Shown piece after piece: positions 39,437 through 49,271 of a DNA stretch of 64,000 bases. The first letter of the stretch is position 1; each line of letters begins with the position of its first letter. Both the position numbers and the translations under genes were made by a program. The notes under the pieces are model-generated. The model did not search any database. It was not told where the DNA came from and saw only the letters and a list, made by a program, of their open reading frames with translations. Source of the stretch: a virus; IMG/VR virus record IMGVR_UViG_3300017940_000554, positions 4,429 to 68,428 of that record. One strand, written 5' to 3'.

Positions 39437-40768
39437 TCATCCCGCCTCCTCCGCCCATCCTTCTTCGCTTGTCGGTTTGTTGAACAGCGGCGCGTCAGCC
39501 TCAATCCGTCGCCGTGCCATTGCCGCATAATCTGAATTCAACTCGATGCCAATGAAATTTCTGCCATAGCGGAGCGCCACTACGCCCGTAGTTCCCGAAC
39601 CGACAAATGGGTCCAGCACTGTATCGCCTTCTCTGCTACCAGCCAGAATGCAAGGTTCCACCAGCTTTTCTGGATAAGTAGCAAAATGTGCTTCAGGAAA
39701 GGGCTGTGTTGCAATTGTCCATACGCTGCGCTTGTTCCGCATTTCTACAAGATCCTTCACTGCCGCACTGAAGCTTTCGTTTTGCTTGATGTGGCCAGCC
39801 TTGCGCCAACCAGCGCCGCGACCAAACGCTACACCACGCGCACTGCGAACCTCTTCAGGGTTTGCTTGTGATCCTTTTTCGCCCAATGACCGCAATTTAG
39901 GCTTGTATCCAATAACCCCATCTTCACGACCTTCTTTGTGAAATGATCCGTGGCTACCGTTTCCTGTACTGGTATCCCATCCATCCGGCGTCTTCCACTG
40001 GCTGGCTTTCGGGTTCACGCCATTGCCGCGCACATGTGCATTCCCGGTCACCGGTTCGCTGATTGCTACTTGGTCGTAGAAATACCGCTGCGACTTGGTT
40101 AACAGAAATAGATATTCATGGCTTTTCGTGCAGCGATCCCGCACGCTTTCTGGCATCGGGTTGGGCTTTTCCCAGATAATGTCTTGGCGCAGATACCAAC
40201 CATCGGTGCGTAAAGCGAATGCCAGCATCCACGGCATACCTACCAGATTTTTTGCAGGAATTCCATAATTGGGTTGACCGACTTCTTGTCTGCCCGGATA
40301 TTCTCCGTGCTGCCATTTCGCCTGATCACCTGCATAGGTTGTATGCCCCCCAGAATAGCAATCGCCCATATTCATCCAGCAGGTTCCATCCCCGCGCAAC
40401 ACGCGCCGCACTTCGCAAAACACCGCAACCATCTTGGCAACATATTCTTCAGGCGTTTTTTCGAGTCCAATCTGTTGATCTACACGCACCGCACCGCAAT
40501 GTGCGCATACGTCGCTAAATTGAAGTTCGGTCACATCGCCCTGCTTGTGGCCACCGCCCCGGAATCGTTCCCCAAGCGCCGCCAGCCCCAATCCGGTTCG
40601 AATCGTAGAAGCCACATGCTTGCATTCTGCATCGCCACCCTTCCACGTTCCTGTGCCGTAGTCACGCAAACCCCAATAGGGTGGCGAGGTCACCACGCAC
40701 TGAACGCTTTCCGCCGTCATAGTGCGCAGTTGCTCCATCACATCGCCTTCTAAAATTCGATAGCCCAT
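39437..40768 (-). CDS. DNA methyltransferase (N4-C/N6-A, beta class)
   Basis: VTSPPYW, IIWEKPNPMPES, HFATYP, VLDPFVGSGTT, GIELN. Confidence 0.9.
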   Translation of the reverse strand: MGYRILEGDVMEQLRTMTAESVQCVVTSPPYWGLRDYGTGTWKGGDAECKHVASTIRTGLGLAALGERFRGGGHKQGDVTELQFSDVCAHCGAVRVDQQIGLEKTPEEYVAKMVAVFCEVRRVLRGDGTCWMNMGDCYSGGHTTYAGDQAKWQHGEYPGRQEVGQPNYGIPAKNLVGMPWMLAFALRTDGWYLRQDIIWEKPNPMPESVRDRCTKSHEYLFLLTKSQRYFYDQVAISEPVTGNAHVRGNGVNPKASQWKTPDGWDTSTGNGSHGSFHKEGREDGVIGYKPKLRSLGEKGSQANPEEVRSARGVAFGRGAGWRKAGHIKQNESFSAAVKDLVEMRNKRSVWTIATQPFPEAHFATYPEKLVEPCILAGSREGDTVLDPFVGSGTTGVVALRYGRNFIGIELNSDYAAMARRRIEADAPLFNKPTSEEGWAEEAG

Positions 40769-40784
40769 CTCTGCTCTCTGCTCT

Positions 40785-42473
40785 CTAGTTATCTCCCGCA
40801 GCGCGGCTTCGTCCGTCGTATGCGCCCACAATCGCCTGCACCTTGGCCTTGCGCGGTTTTCTCGCGGATTCCTGTCTCTCCGTCAGCTCGATCCGCAGCG
40901 CCTCTTCATCGCCCACAATCATGAAGTACACTTCGTCGGCCGGACAGGCGTATTTCAGTTCAAAGTCCACCTTGCGCACCCACTCTCTGCGCGGCAACGT
41001 TTCATCCACCACCGTCAAGCCCACACCCCACTCCGTCCAGCCATGAATCGCGCCTGCCCCCCGCGCATCGCGGAAGACGTTGCCCGATTGCGCCTTCGAA
41101 AGATGGTGCAGCAGCAACACGCCGCAACGCGCTTCCACCTGAATGCGGGTCAACGCCGCCAGCACGCCCGCCATCACCGTGTTGTCGTTCTCGTCCCCCG
41201 AGTGCAGCTCGCTGAACACATCAAAAATGGCCAGATCGAATTGCTCCATCTTCAGCTCTTTGATCAGCGCATCCACCTGCTCCAGGTTGTCCACATGCAG
41301 CATCGGTGAGTGCGCCATCGTGTTCACCCAAATCTGTCCCCAGTTGTAGGCTCTTCGTGCTTCGGTCCCTTCGGAGAAGAGTCTCAACCGGCGCCCGGTT
41401 TCCTGCGGAGAATCTTCGCGGCTGATCAATGCCACCCGCCGCCGTTGCGGCACCACATGACCAAGCCAGCTGGAGCCCGATGCCAGCGCCAATGCCAGGT
41501 CCAATGCCAGCGGACTTTTTCCCACCTTCGGATCAGCCACCATCAGTCCGCGCGTTCTCACCGGAATCAGATCTTCTACCAGCCAGTCAATCTCCGCAGG
41601 TGCGCGATCTAAAAAGTCGCGCATCTCTTCAAGCAGCACATGCTCCGTCTTCTCCGGCTCCCACAACGGCGTGGCCTTCACCAGTGCCAGCAGATCTTTG
41701 ACACTGTGTCCCGATGCCAGCCACCAGCTGATGTCTTCCTTCGCTGGCACATCCGGCAGCTCCACCGCTTTTACCTTTGCGGCATACGGTTTTACGCTGG
41801 CACAAACCGTTTGCTGATGCGCCTTGCCCTTGGCATCGTTGTCGCGCAACACCACCACCATGCGGCCAGTAAAGTACGGCGCATATTCCGGCTTCCAGTG
41901 CCCGGCGCCATCAAAGGTGGTCGTCACAGCTACGTCCTTCACGTCCGCCACTGTCAGAGCCAATCTAAGGTTGTCCGCATCCTTCTCGCCTTCCACCACG
42001 AACACCACTTTGGCCGTCACCACATCGGGTAATTTGTAGAGCACCTTCTTTACGCCGTGCAGGTTGTACCACCAGCCGCCATTGCCATCCGGTTGCCGCT
42101 GGCTGAATTCTTTCGGCTCGTAGCGCAGCTTCTGGTAAAGCACTTTCCCAGTCACATCGGTGTAGTCGTACACCTTCACCAGCGTGCGGCTTGTCTTCGG
42201 CCGTTCCATGCCCATGATGCGGTAGATCTCGCTCCACGCCGTCTCGGAATCGGTGGCCATCATCATGCGTTCAAAATCCAGCACGCCGCCTGCCTTCCCG
42301 CAGGAATGGCAGTTCCAAATCCCCTTGGCCAGGTTCAAACTCATCGACGGATTCTTGTCTTCATGGAAGGGGCAATGCACGCTCAGCGCATCGCGCTTCG
42401 TCAGCCGCTCCATCGGCAAACGATAGCTGAAGTAGGCATACACCTGATCGAACGTCGGTTTGAATTCAAACAT
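40785..42473 (-). CDS. primase-helicase (CHC2 Zn finger + TOPRIM + RepA/AAA_25)
   Basis: CPFHEDKNPS, CHSC, VVEGEKDAD, DND..G, ADPKVGKS Walker A, LLHH. Confidence 0.85.
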   Translation of the reverse strand: MFEFKPTFDQVYAYFSYRLPMERLTKRDALSVHCPFHEDKNPSMSLNLAKGIWNCHSCGKAGGVLDFERMMMATDSETAWSEIYRIMGMERPKTSRTLVKVYDYTDVTGKVLYQKLRYEPKEFSQRQPDGNGGWWYNLHGVKKVLYKLPDVVTAKVVFVVEGEKDADNLRLALTVADVKDVAVTTTFDGAGHWKPEYAPYFTGRMVVVLRDNDAKGKAHQQTVCASVKPYAAKVKAVELPDVPAKEDISWWLASGHSVKDLLALVKATPLWEPEKTEHVLLEEMRDFLDRAPAEIDWLVEDLIPVRTRGLMVADPKVGKSPLALDLALALASGSSWLGHVVPQRRRVALISREDSPQETGRRLRLFSEGTEARRAYNWGQIWVNTMAHSPMLHVDNLEQVDALIKELKMEQFDLAIFDVFSELHSGDENDNTVMAGVLAALTRIQVEARCGVLLLHHLSKAQSGNVFRDARGAGAIHGWTEWGVGLTVVDETLPRREWVRKVDFELKYACPADEVYFMIVGDEEALRIELTERQESARKPRKAKVQAIVGAYDGRSRAAGDN

Positions 42474-43234
42474 GCTGCACTTCTTTCATTTCGATATACC
42501 CAGAATCAGCCGCCGCGCCGCATCGTCCCTGCATCGATCCAATTGGTCTACTTGAATAGCCGTTCGCAGTAAGTTGTGCTGTTGTAATTCACTCAAACCA
42601 AACCGTCGCGCATAGTAGGCACAGCGGGAATTTTTATGCTTTTTACGAAGAGCTTTCTCCCTTTCCCGCTCCATAAACATCGGGTCAAATGCCGTCATCT
42701 TCTTGCCGCTTCCTTTCTGCGCCCCGACTCCTCAAGCCGCATGTGCAGATACGCATGTTGCTCCGCCCAATGAACCACCTCTTCCGGAACCCCAGCCGAT
42801 ACATTCACGTCGTTCCATTCCCACTCCGGGCTCCGGCACTGATCGAGCGGAAGATTCATCTCCAAACACGCTTCGCACACATAACTCACCACCATCCGCC
42901 GCTGCAGTTGAAATTCCATGGCAGGCGGCAACTCTAGCGGCTCATCCAACCGATGCTGCATCGGTTGAAAAACCGCCACCGGAACCCGCAAATGCCACGG
43001 CAAACTCATGCTGCCCTCGGTACCCGGCGCACTGGCCGGTTGGCTTTTTCAATCTGCTTCGCCGCTTCCTCTGCACGGTCTTCCGCATCCCAGCGCAGCA
43101 GGTCCAGTTCGCAGATTCTGCGCAAAGCCAGTGTCCGATCCAAAATATCCTGGTCAGCGGCTTTAGCCAGCGCACGCCGGAAAAGCTTCAATTCCAGCGG
43201 CGTCATCGTCACCGTCACAAAAACTTGTTTCACT

Positions 43235-43612
43235 TCACTCATCGCCGTTCTCCCGCTGATACAAGATGCGATCGATTTCCGCAGCAATCAGTGCTCCCGC
43301 CTTGGTCAGATTGCGCACCGGGTCTGCGGAAGGTTTCCACCACACACGATCCCAAGGCCACTCTTCCAAAATGCCTTCCATGGCCTCTTTCCCGCCGTCC
43401 TCGTCCAACACTTGGCTTCCGGCAACGCCTGCATAGCAAATCGCCGCATCAAGCAGCTGGCAGCATCCATGCTCGGTGTCATGCTCCGCCGTCCAGCCCT
43501 TTACTTCAATCTGCCGCCGACGTTCAGCGGCAATCCGTTGCACTCCCGTCTCTTCAACCACGTGCCACCCCTTTCCCGCTTGGTTCCTGTGCGCGTTGTA
43601 ACCAGTGTTCAA
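43235..43612 (-). CDS. conserved phage hypothetical protein
   Basis: AERRRQI..GWT.EHD, WPW..WWKP, KAGALIAAEIDR. Confidence 0.65.
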   Translation of the reverse strand: MNTGYNAHRNQAGKGWHVVEETGVQRIAAERRRQIEVKGWTAEHDTEHGCCQLLDAAICYAGVAGSQVLDEDGGKEAMEGILEEWPWDRVWWKPSADPVRNLTKAGALIAAEIDRILYQRENGDE

Positions 43613-44483
43613 ATTGCTCGGTGGAGCGGAAGATGTGATCTTCCCACTCGCAATACGCCTTGCCTTCGGTCTTCGGATTGCGGCCCATGTGCCAGTCCGA
43701 AAGAGCCACTTCGTCGATTACCGCCTTCATCAACTCCACAGCGTTGGCCAAGTTGCCCCCTGCAATCCGCAAAGCTTCCTCTAGCCGCATCAGCCCTTTT
43801 CGCCTGCGCAAGGCGGTAAAGCTGTACGTCTTCGGGTTGCGTTTCATCACAGCCAGGTAATAGGCAAACACTTCCTTGAGCGCTTTCAGCCACAGCGGAT
43901 TTTCACTGGTGGTTACTGCAATCTCGTCGTCGAGTGCAGGCGTTTCGAGGCTTTCCGCTGCTGGTTGAACAAGCTCAGGAAAAAGATCATTGGACGAGGA
44001 AGGAGCGTTTTTTGCTCCTTCCGGCGCATTGGTTTTTGCAGTTGAAACTGAAGTTGAAGATGAAACTGAAGGGGTTGGATTTTGCTTGGGAGCAGGCTTA
44101 ACCTCAGTGGTTGTTTTTTGGTTAAGCAAAACGGGATTTCCGCCCTTTTTCCCTGCTTCGGTGCGGATTTCGCGCAATTTTTCGTCGCGCACCATACGCC
44201 GGCACATGATCGCACCAGTCTCCGCTTCACGGCTTGCAACTCCCGAGGTTAGCAGTGCGGTTAAGATGGTGGTTAGCTTTTGCTTATCCAAACCGAGTAG
44301 CCGGGCCAAAGCATCTTCGCTCATCGCTTGGCCATTTAGCACCAGCACGCCGCGCCGTTCGGATTCATGCATCAGGCAAAGCATTTCCCACCACACTCCC
44401 CGATCAAAGTAATCAAGCGACTGCACCCCGACATCTTTGCGCCAGTCTCCCGGATAGAATTGAAACGCAGGCAACTTTGTCAT
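43554..44483 (-). CDS. replication initiator-like protein (YdaU/DUF1376-like N-terminus)
   Basis: PAFQFYPGDW..D, RRMVRD...AGKKGGNP; upstream of primase-helicase. Confidence 0.7.
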   Translation of the reverse strand: MTKLPAFQFYPGDWRKDVGVQSLDYFDRGVWWEMLCLMHESERRGVLVLNGQAMSEDALARLLGLDKQKLTTILTALLTSGVASREAETGAIMCRRMVRDEKLREIRTEAGKKGGNPVLLNQKTTTEVKPAPKQNPTPSVSSSTSVSTAKTNAPEGAKNAPSSSNDLFPELVQPAAESLETPALDDEIAVTTSENPLWLKALKEVFAYYLAVMKRNPKTYSFTALRRRKGLMRLEEALRIAGGNLANAVELMKAVIDEVALSDWHMGRNPKTEGKAYCEWEDHIFRSTEQFEHWLQRAQEPSGKGVARG

Positions 44484-46141
44484 TTCGTGTGCCCTTCATC
44501 GCTCATGCGCTCCGTTTCAAGGTAGCTTTCGATAAACGCTTGCGCCGCTGGAACACAGATCGCATCGCCGTAGAGGCGAAGTCGTCCCACGCGGGCGGCA
44601 CACCCATGAGCCAGCGGCTGTGTGCCGGATTCAACTGGCCGGAACTTTCCATCGCGGCATCCGATCCAGTCAGCACCTCTCCAGAAGCCGTTAAGCGGAC
44701 CGGGCCGCTCAATTGCGCTACGTTCTCTAGCGCCGCCTGTGCTTTCGTTCCATCCGGCTTGCGCTGGCTCATCGTCACTGCATCCGATTGCACCCTGCCA
44801 CCATTCGGGCAATTCGGCGTCGGCCACGCCGCCAGTTGCGTAAACTTTGTCAGGTCGCTTCCTGTGCAGTTCTCCGTTTGGATATTCCCGCATTTCGGGT
44901 CCGTCTGCCTTGGCGTCGGCCAACTCGCTAATTCCACCGTCTTGCGGCTGCTGTCGTTGTTCCCCGCTTCGTTGTTCCCGTTCTGTGCAGGGGTTCCCGC
45001 CATCGGCGTCGGCCAGCCCGCCAGATGTTTCGCTTGATTGGCTAACTGATCCATGTGCATTCGCCCCGTACCCGTCTCCGTTACATGAAGATGGCTGTTC
45101 GCGCCCTTCCAATCCCGTTCCGCTGGTGTCGCCCACGCCGCCAAGGACGCCTGAATCGCCAGATCCTGACCATAGCCCTCGCGCAGTCGCGCCTTCCCCG
45201 CTGTCTGGTCTGTGTCGTGCGGTGCCGGTCCTGTCGGTGTCGCCCACGCCGCCAAATTCGCTTGACTGTGCAGCGTGTCCGCTTGCCCCCGATGTGCTCC
45301 CGCACATTCCGAGTCCTCGCTGCGTGGCGTGCTCCAGCTCGCCAGCATCGCGTAGTCGTTCAGGTTCGAGGATTGTGCGATCCCACTTGGTCTCTTCGAA
45401 ACGAGCGCACGTTTCGCTTGTCCGCCGCCGGTCATATCGCTCACTTGCGGACTCGGCCAGCCGGTCAGTGTCGCCGCATTGCTCAGGTCGTGCGGAAAGG
45501 AATGGTTGTCTGCTTCTGTATTGCCCCGCAGCTTGTCGTCGTGTGTCTGCGGCGTCGGCCACGCACTCAGCGGCGAAGCCGCCATTAGCCCCACCGCAGG
45601 TGGCGCAGGTGGCGGTGAAGTAGAGGCGTTGACGGATGTGCGGAGCGCCGACGCTGCACGCTCCAAGTACCGCCTTCCCAACGGCGTACTCTTGTGCTTC
45701 CAGGTCAGTTTGAACAAGGTCGAGCCAGCCATGTCCAATCGCGGCACTAACCTGCTCTCCAAAGATTGTTGTAGGGTGACACTGGCGGATGAGTCGTGCC
45801 CAAGCAGGCCAGAGGTGACGAGGGTCTGCAAACCCTTCGCCTTTGCCCGCTGCGCTGAAGCTCGGGCAGGGGCAACTTCCGGTCCACACTGCCCGGTTGT
45901 CGTGCCATCCGGCTTGGCGCAGGGCGAGGCTCCAGAATCCGCCTCCGGCAAAGAAGTGGCATTGGGTATATCCCACAAGGTCATTTGGCTCGACATCGAC
46001 AATGCTCCGTTCATCCACATCTCCCGGTGCAATTGCATTGGCCCGAATTGCTTCTCGCAGAATCTCTGCTTTCAGCGTGTCGATCTCGTTGTAATAAGCA
46101 GCCACCCGCATAGCCTCAGCCTCAGTGTTGCATTTGTTCAA
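44480..46141 (-). CDS. C5-cytosine DNA methyltransferase, alpha-type frame
   Basis: Permuted start YYNEID, HFFAGGG, GSCPCPSFS, FGEQV, APHIRQRLYF, motif X LRLYGDAI. Confidence 0.85.
   Translation of the reverse strand: MNKCNTEAEAMRVAAYYNEIDTLKAEILREAIRANAIAPGDVDERSIVDVEPNDLVGYTQCHFFAGGGFWSLALRQAGWHDNRAVWTGSCPCPSFSAAGKGEGFADPRHLWPAWARLIRQCHPTTIFGEQVSAAIGHGWLDLVQTDLEAQEYAVGKAVLGACSVGAPHIRQRLYFTATCATCGGANGGFAAECVADAADTRRQAAGQYRSRQPFLSARPEQCGDTDRLAESASERYDRRRTSETCARFEETKWDRTILEPERLRDAGELEHATQRGLGMCGSTSGASGHAAQSSEFGGVGDTDRTGTARHRPDSGEGATARGLWSGSGDSGVLGGVGDTSGTGLEGREQPSSCNGDGYGANAHGSVSQSSETSGGLADADGGNPCTEREQRSGEQRQQPQDGGISELADAKADGPEMREYPNGELHRKRPDKVYATGGVADAELPEWWQGAIGCSDDEPAQAGWNESTGGARERSAIERPGPLNGFWRGADWIGCRDGKFRPVESGTQPLAHGCAARVGRLRLYGDAICVPAAQAFIESYLETERMSDEGHTK
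44503..45996 (-). CDS. overlapping alternative-frame subunit with ~8 W(P/S/A)TP repeats and motif IX
   Basis: Open frame nested in the MTase gene; ends in LNPAHSRWLMGVP. Confidence 0.65.
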   Translation of the reverse strand: MSSQMTLWDIPNATSLPEADSGASPCAKPDGTTTGQCGPEVAPARASAQRAKAKGLQTLVTSGLLGHDSSASVTLQQSLESRLVPRLDMAGSTLFKLTWKHKSTPLGRRYLERAASALRTSVNASTSPPPAPPAVGLMAASPLSAWPTPQTHDDKLRGNTEADNHSFPHDLSNAATLTGWPSPQVSDMTGGGQAKRALVSKRPSGIAQSSNLNDYAMLASWSTPRSEDSECAGAHRGQADTLHSQANLAAWATPTGPAPHDTDQTAGKARLREGYGQDLAIQASLAAWATPAERDWKGANSHLHVTETGTGRMHMDQLANQAKHLAGWPTPMAGTPAQNGNNEAGNNDSSRKTVELASWPTPRQTDPKCGNIQTENCTGSDLTKFTQLAAWPTPNCPNGGRVQSDAVTMSQRKPDGTKAQAALENVAQLSGPVRLTASGEVLTGSDAAMESSGQLNPAHSRWLMGVPPAWDDFASTAMRSVFQRRKRLSKATLKRSA

Positions 46142-46228
46142 TGCACTGCAACTCCGTCGCGAAAAGAGCGTAACGGGTCATCAGCCACAATAAAAATCTG
46201 TAGCTCAAGGCACGCTGCTAGAAGTGAG

Positions 46229-46441
46229 TTATGCCGCTCTTTCGGCCACCTTGGTCGCCAACCAGTTTTCAATATCGCTGGTCAGCCACCCGGTGGCGCG
46301 CTGGCTCAATTTGACGGGCAGGGGAAAGGAGCCTGCTTTTTGGAGGGTGTAGATGGTGCTGGCACTCAGGCCCACCATGGCCAGAACCTGTTTTTTGCGC
46401 AGAATCATGGGCCGCTCGTGTAACTCAATTTTTTTCTTCAT
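46229..46441 (-). CDS. alpA: AlpA-family excisionase/regulator
   Basis: LRKKQVLAMVGLSASTIY...GSFP.PVKL..R.TGW. Confidence 0.85.
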   Translation of the reverse strand: MKKKIELHERPMILRKKQVLAMVGLSASTIYTLQKAGSFPLPVKLSQRATGWLTSDIENWLATKVAERAA

Positions 46442-46561
46442 TGGGATAACCCCAGAAAGAATCTAGGTCGATTATTCACGCTTTTTAAGGGTTTGCAATT
46501 GCGATTTAAGAAACAAGAACTATTGGTAGAGCTACGGTTTAAATGAACAAAAACGGCGAAT

Positions 46562-46612
46562 AAAAAACAGCCGGTCAAGAGATTTTCTTCTCACGGACCG
46601 GCTGTTTTTTTG
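46562..46612. terminator. bidirectional rho-independent terminator
   Basis: AAAAAACAGCCGGTC...GACCGGCTGTTTTTT. Confidence 0.6.
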
Positions 46613-46634
46613 AACGATGCAAGAAAAAATGCCT

Positions 46635-47891
46635 TCACGCAACGAGGCGTATCCTGGACGAAATGCTGTTACGCATTTCGTCCAGGGCATCCGCCCACGC
46701 TTGCATCATTTCTGCCCGTTGATCCAGATACTGGGCGTAGTTATAAGCGCGTTCCGTGGCATTTCCGTTCAAGTGGGCTAGTTGTGTTTCCACGTATTCC
46801 CGAAGGTATCCATGTTCGCGCAACCAGGTTGAAGCGATTCCTCTCCATCCATGGCCCGTCATCCGTTTTCTGTATCCAAGCCGTTCCAGCATTTTCAAAA
46901 GCGTATTCAGCGACATGGTTTCATAACGAAGGGTCCGGATCTTCGGAAACAAGTAGGGAGTATTCCCTGTCATTCTGTAGAGCTGTTCCAGCAGCTGGAT
47001 GGATTGTTTGGCCAGGGGAACGATATGAACGGTTTTCATCTTCATGCGTTCTCCTGGGATGCGCCATTGTTTTTTCTCAAAGTCGATCTCCTCCCAACGG
47101 CCTCCGATCAGTTCTCCAGTGCGCACGAATGTCAGGCTGAGCAGTTCCATTGCCATCCGGACTAGCACATTGCCGCCGTAGTCTCTGATCTTGCCAAGCA
47201 ATTCCGGCACATCTTTTATCTCCAAACGGGCAAAATTCTGGGCAGTCTTTCTGCTCAGGATGTGTTTCGGCCGGATTCCAGAAGCCGGATTCACATCGAC
47301 AAGACAGCAATCGATGCCGTGTTCATAAACTTGGCTGATGTGCTGCAGTTCGCGCAGAGCAACATTGTGGACTCCTCGCCCGTCCACTCCTTGGATCAAT
47401 CGGACAATATCGGCGCGGGTAATTTTCTTGGGATGCCATTTCCCGATGACTGGAAAGATGTCGGTTTCGAACCGGCGTTCAGAAGCGAGGGCATAGCGCG
47501 CATTTTTATCTTCTCGCCACCACGCCAGCCATTGGCGGGCGAGTGCTTCAAAGGTGAATCCGTTGTCTTTTTCTGCTTGGGATTGCAGTTCCTGTTTGGC
47601 CTTGACTTCTTTTTTGGCTTCTTTCCGAAGGGCCATTGGGTCGACGCCAGTTGCCAGGAGAGCCCGAGCCTGGGAGTGGAGAACCCGAGCGTTTGCCAGT
47701 GATATATCTGGGTACTTCCCGAGCGCCATTTCCTTTTGCTTACCTTCAAACATGTATTTCCAGCGCCACAATTTGCCTCCCTGGGGGGTGATCAGGAGGT
47801 GCAATCCGTGCTGGTCGGTAAGGCGATACGGCTTGAGATTCGGCTTGGCTTTCTCGCATTTCAGGTTGTTCAATTCGCTCAAAGTGCCCAT
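46635..47891 (-). CDS. int: P4-type tyrosine integrase
   Basis: Arm-binding N-terminus (GLHLLITPQGGKLWRWKY, LGKYPDISL), VRTGE, RMK, HGWR, LAH, AYNYAQY. Confidence 0.92.
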   Translation of the reverse strand: MGTLSELNNLKCEKAKPNLKPYRLTDQHGLHLLITPQGGKLWRWKYMFEGKQKEMALGKYPDISLANARVLHSQARALLATGVDPMALRKEAKKEVKAKQELQSQAEKDNGFTFEALARQWLAWWREDKNARYALASERRFETDIFPVIGKWHPKKITRADIVRLIQGVDGRGVHNVALRELQHISQVYEHGIDCCLVDVNPASGIRPKHILSRKTAQNFARLEIKDVPELLGKIRDYGGNVLVRMAMELLSLTFVRTGELIGGRWEEIDFEKKQWRIPGERMKMKTVHIVPLAKQSIQLLEQLYRMTGNTPYLFPKIRTLRYETMSLNTLLKMLERLGYRKRMTGHGWRGIASTWLREHGYLREYVETQLAHLNGNATERAYNYAQYLDQRAEMMQAWADALDEMRNSISSRIRLVA

Positions 47892-47926
47892 GTTTACTGC
47901 CTTTCCTCGACTTTTTGTGTTTTTTA

Positions 47927-48245
47927 GAAATACCATGTTTTCAAAACATGGTATTTCTTGCGATCAGCCCTAAAAATACCATAAAAAAATCGCTGTTTCG
48001 CAAAGAATCTCTTCACGCTTCGCTGTGCTTATTGAACAGGAGGCGAGCCAGAAGATTTCTGTAAGCGTTAGATTTTATGGGAGATATATTCGGAAGAAGC
48101 GTCGAGGAACGTCGAGAATGAACGAGAATGTAGTGATTGAAAAGCTGCCCAAATTTTTTGAAAGTGCATCCGATTTATCTTTATTATCAACTATTTACAG
48201 TTTAAATAACGAAAATACCATGAAAAATACCAGGGAGCCTAAAAA
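47927..48245. other. attP-like region with arm-type repeats
   Basis: AAATACCA(T) repeats at ~47928 (with inverted partner), 47973, 48213 and 48224 flanking non-coding DNA upstream of int. Confidence 0.5.
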
Positions 48246-48246
48246 C

Positions 48247-48287
48247 TAAACACGTAGGGGCCGCAATCAGCGGCCCCTACGTGTTTA
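48247..48287. terminator. long perfect hairpin (terminator-like)
   Basis: TAAACACGTAGGGGCCGC/GCGGCCCCTACGTGTTTA. Confidence 0.6.
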
Positions 48288-48293
48288 TTCCCT

Positions 48294-48542
48294 CTAGGTG
48301 GGGTCTTGGCGTTCAGCCAAAACAGCATGTCGTTCAAGCGTGCTTAGAAATGTCTGCAGTTCGGAGACACGAAAACGATGAGTGAATTTACCTGTTCTTC
48401 CCATAGGGAAAGCAATGGAAGGCAGGCGTCCTTCATGCGCCATCCGACGCACAGTCAACGACGAAAAGCCAAGATACTCAGCCGCTTCGTTGGCATTGAT
48501 AAGAGGCTCAAGTGGCTGGTTCGTTCTAAATTCCATACACAA
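48294..48542 (-). CDS. excisionase-like HTH_17 protein
   Basis: LINANEAAEYLGFSSLTVRRMAHEGRLP...RFRVSEL. Confidence 0.75.
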   Translation of the reverse strand: MCMEFRTNQPLEPLINANEAAEYLGFSSLTVRRMAHEGRLPSIAFPMGRTGKFTHRFRVSELQTFLSTLERHAVLAERQDPT

Positions 48543-48773
48543 TCTCCTCCCCTGTTTGGATCAAAACATCGAGATCTTTCTAAATTCCACAACTTAACCC
48601 TTTTTGAACCGAAATGCAACACTTCTTGACTGAGAATCACAATTTATTTCAAAAATCGTAGGAAAAAAGACAAAAACGATAAAAATATATCGAATCGATT
48701 ACCGAGGAAATGGCCAATTGCACAGAAGGAAAGGCAGTCCAGAATCTGGACTGCCAGAATGAAGTTCGTTTTT

Positions 48774-49127
48774 TCAGGCAACTTCTTCCGGGGAAGCAGG
48801 TACCGGAGCAGGTGCCTCCTCGTTTGCAGGAACGCTTGGCTTCTTGGTCCGTTCCCGTTTTTTCATTGGTGTTGCTGCCTTATAAACATAGATGGTTTTC
48901 TTGCCTTCCGGGCACGATACTCGCAGCGTGAGCTGGTTATCCTGGCTGTATTTTCGAATCGCATTGGCAGCCCGAACGGCCAACTTGTAGGAATCGAAAT
49001 CCTCCACAACAACGCGCGGCAAGTGATCTGGGCCAAGGGCTGCATTCACAGCCGCATCGATCAAAGTTTTGTATTGATCAATCAGCACCTTGCGCGGGAA
49101 AGCCGCAGTTTGATCCATCATTCGCAT
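48774..49127 (-). CDS. hypothetical protein
   Basis: AGGAG SD before MRMMDQ. Confidence 0.45.
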   Translation of the reverse strand: MRMMDQTAAFPRKVLIDQYKTLIDAAVNAALGPDHLPRVVVEDFDSYKLAVRAANAIRKYSQDNQLTLRVSCPEGKKTIYVYKAATPMKKRERTKKPSVPANEEAPAPVPASPEEVA

Positions 49128-49271
49128 TGACTTATCTCCTCCAGACCGTTTTTGATACGGAAAAATCATATCGCACTTACCACAGCGATTGGCCTTATTT
49201 CATGGAAGGCCGCAATTTTCCTGTAAAGCAGGCGAAAAAACCGTTTTCTACATTTCAAAAGCCCATTGCCG

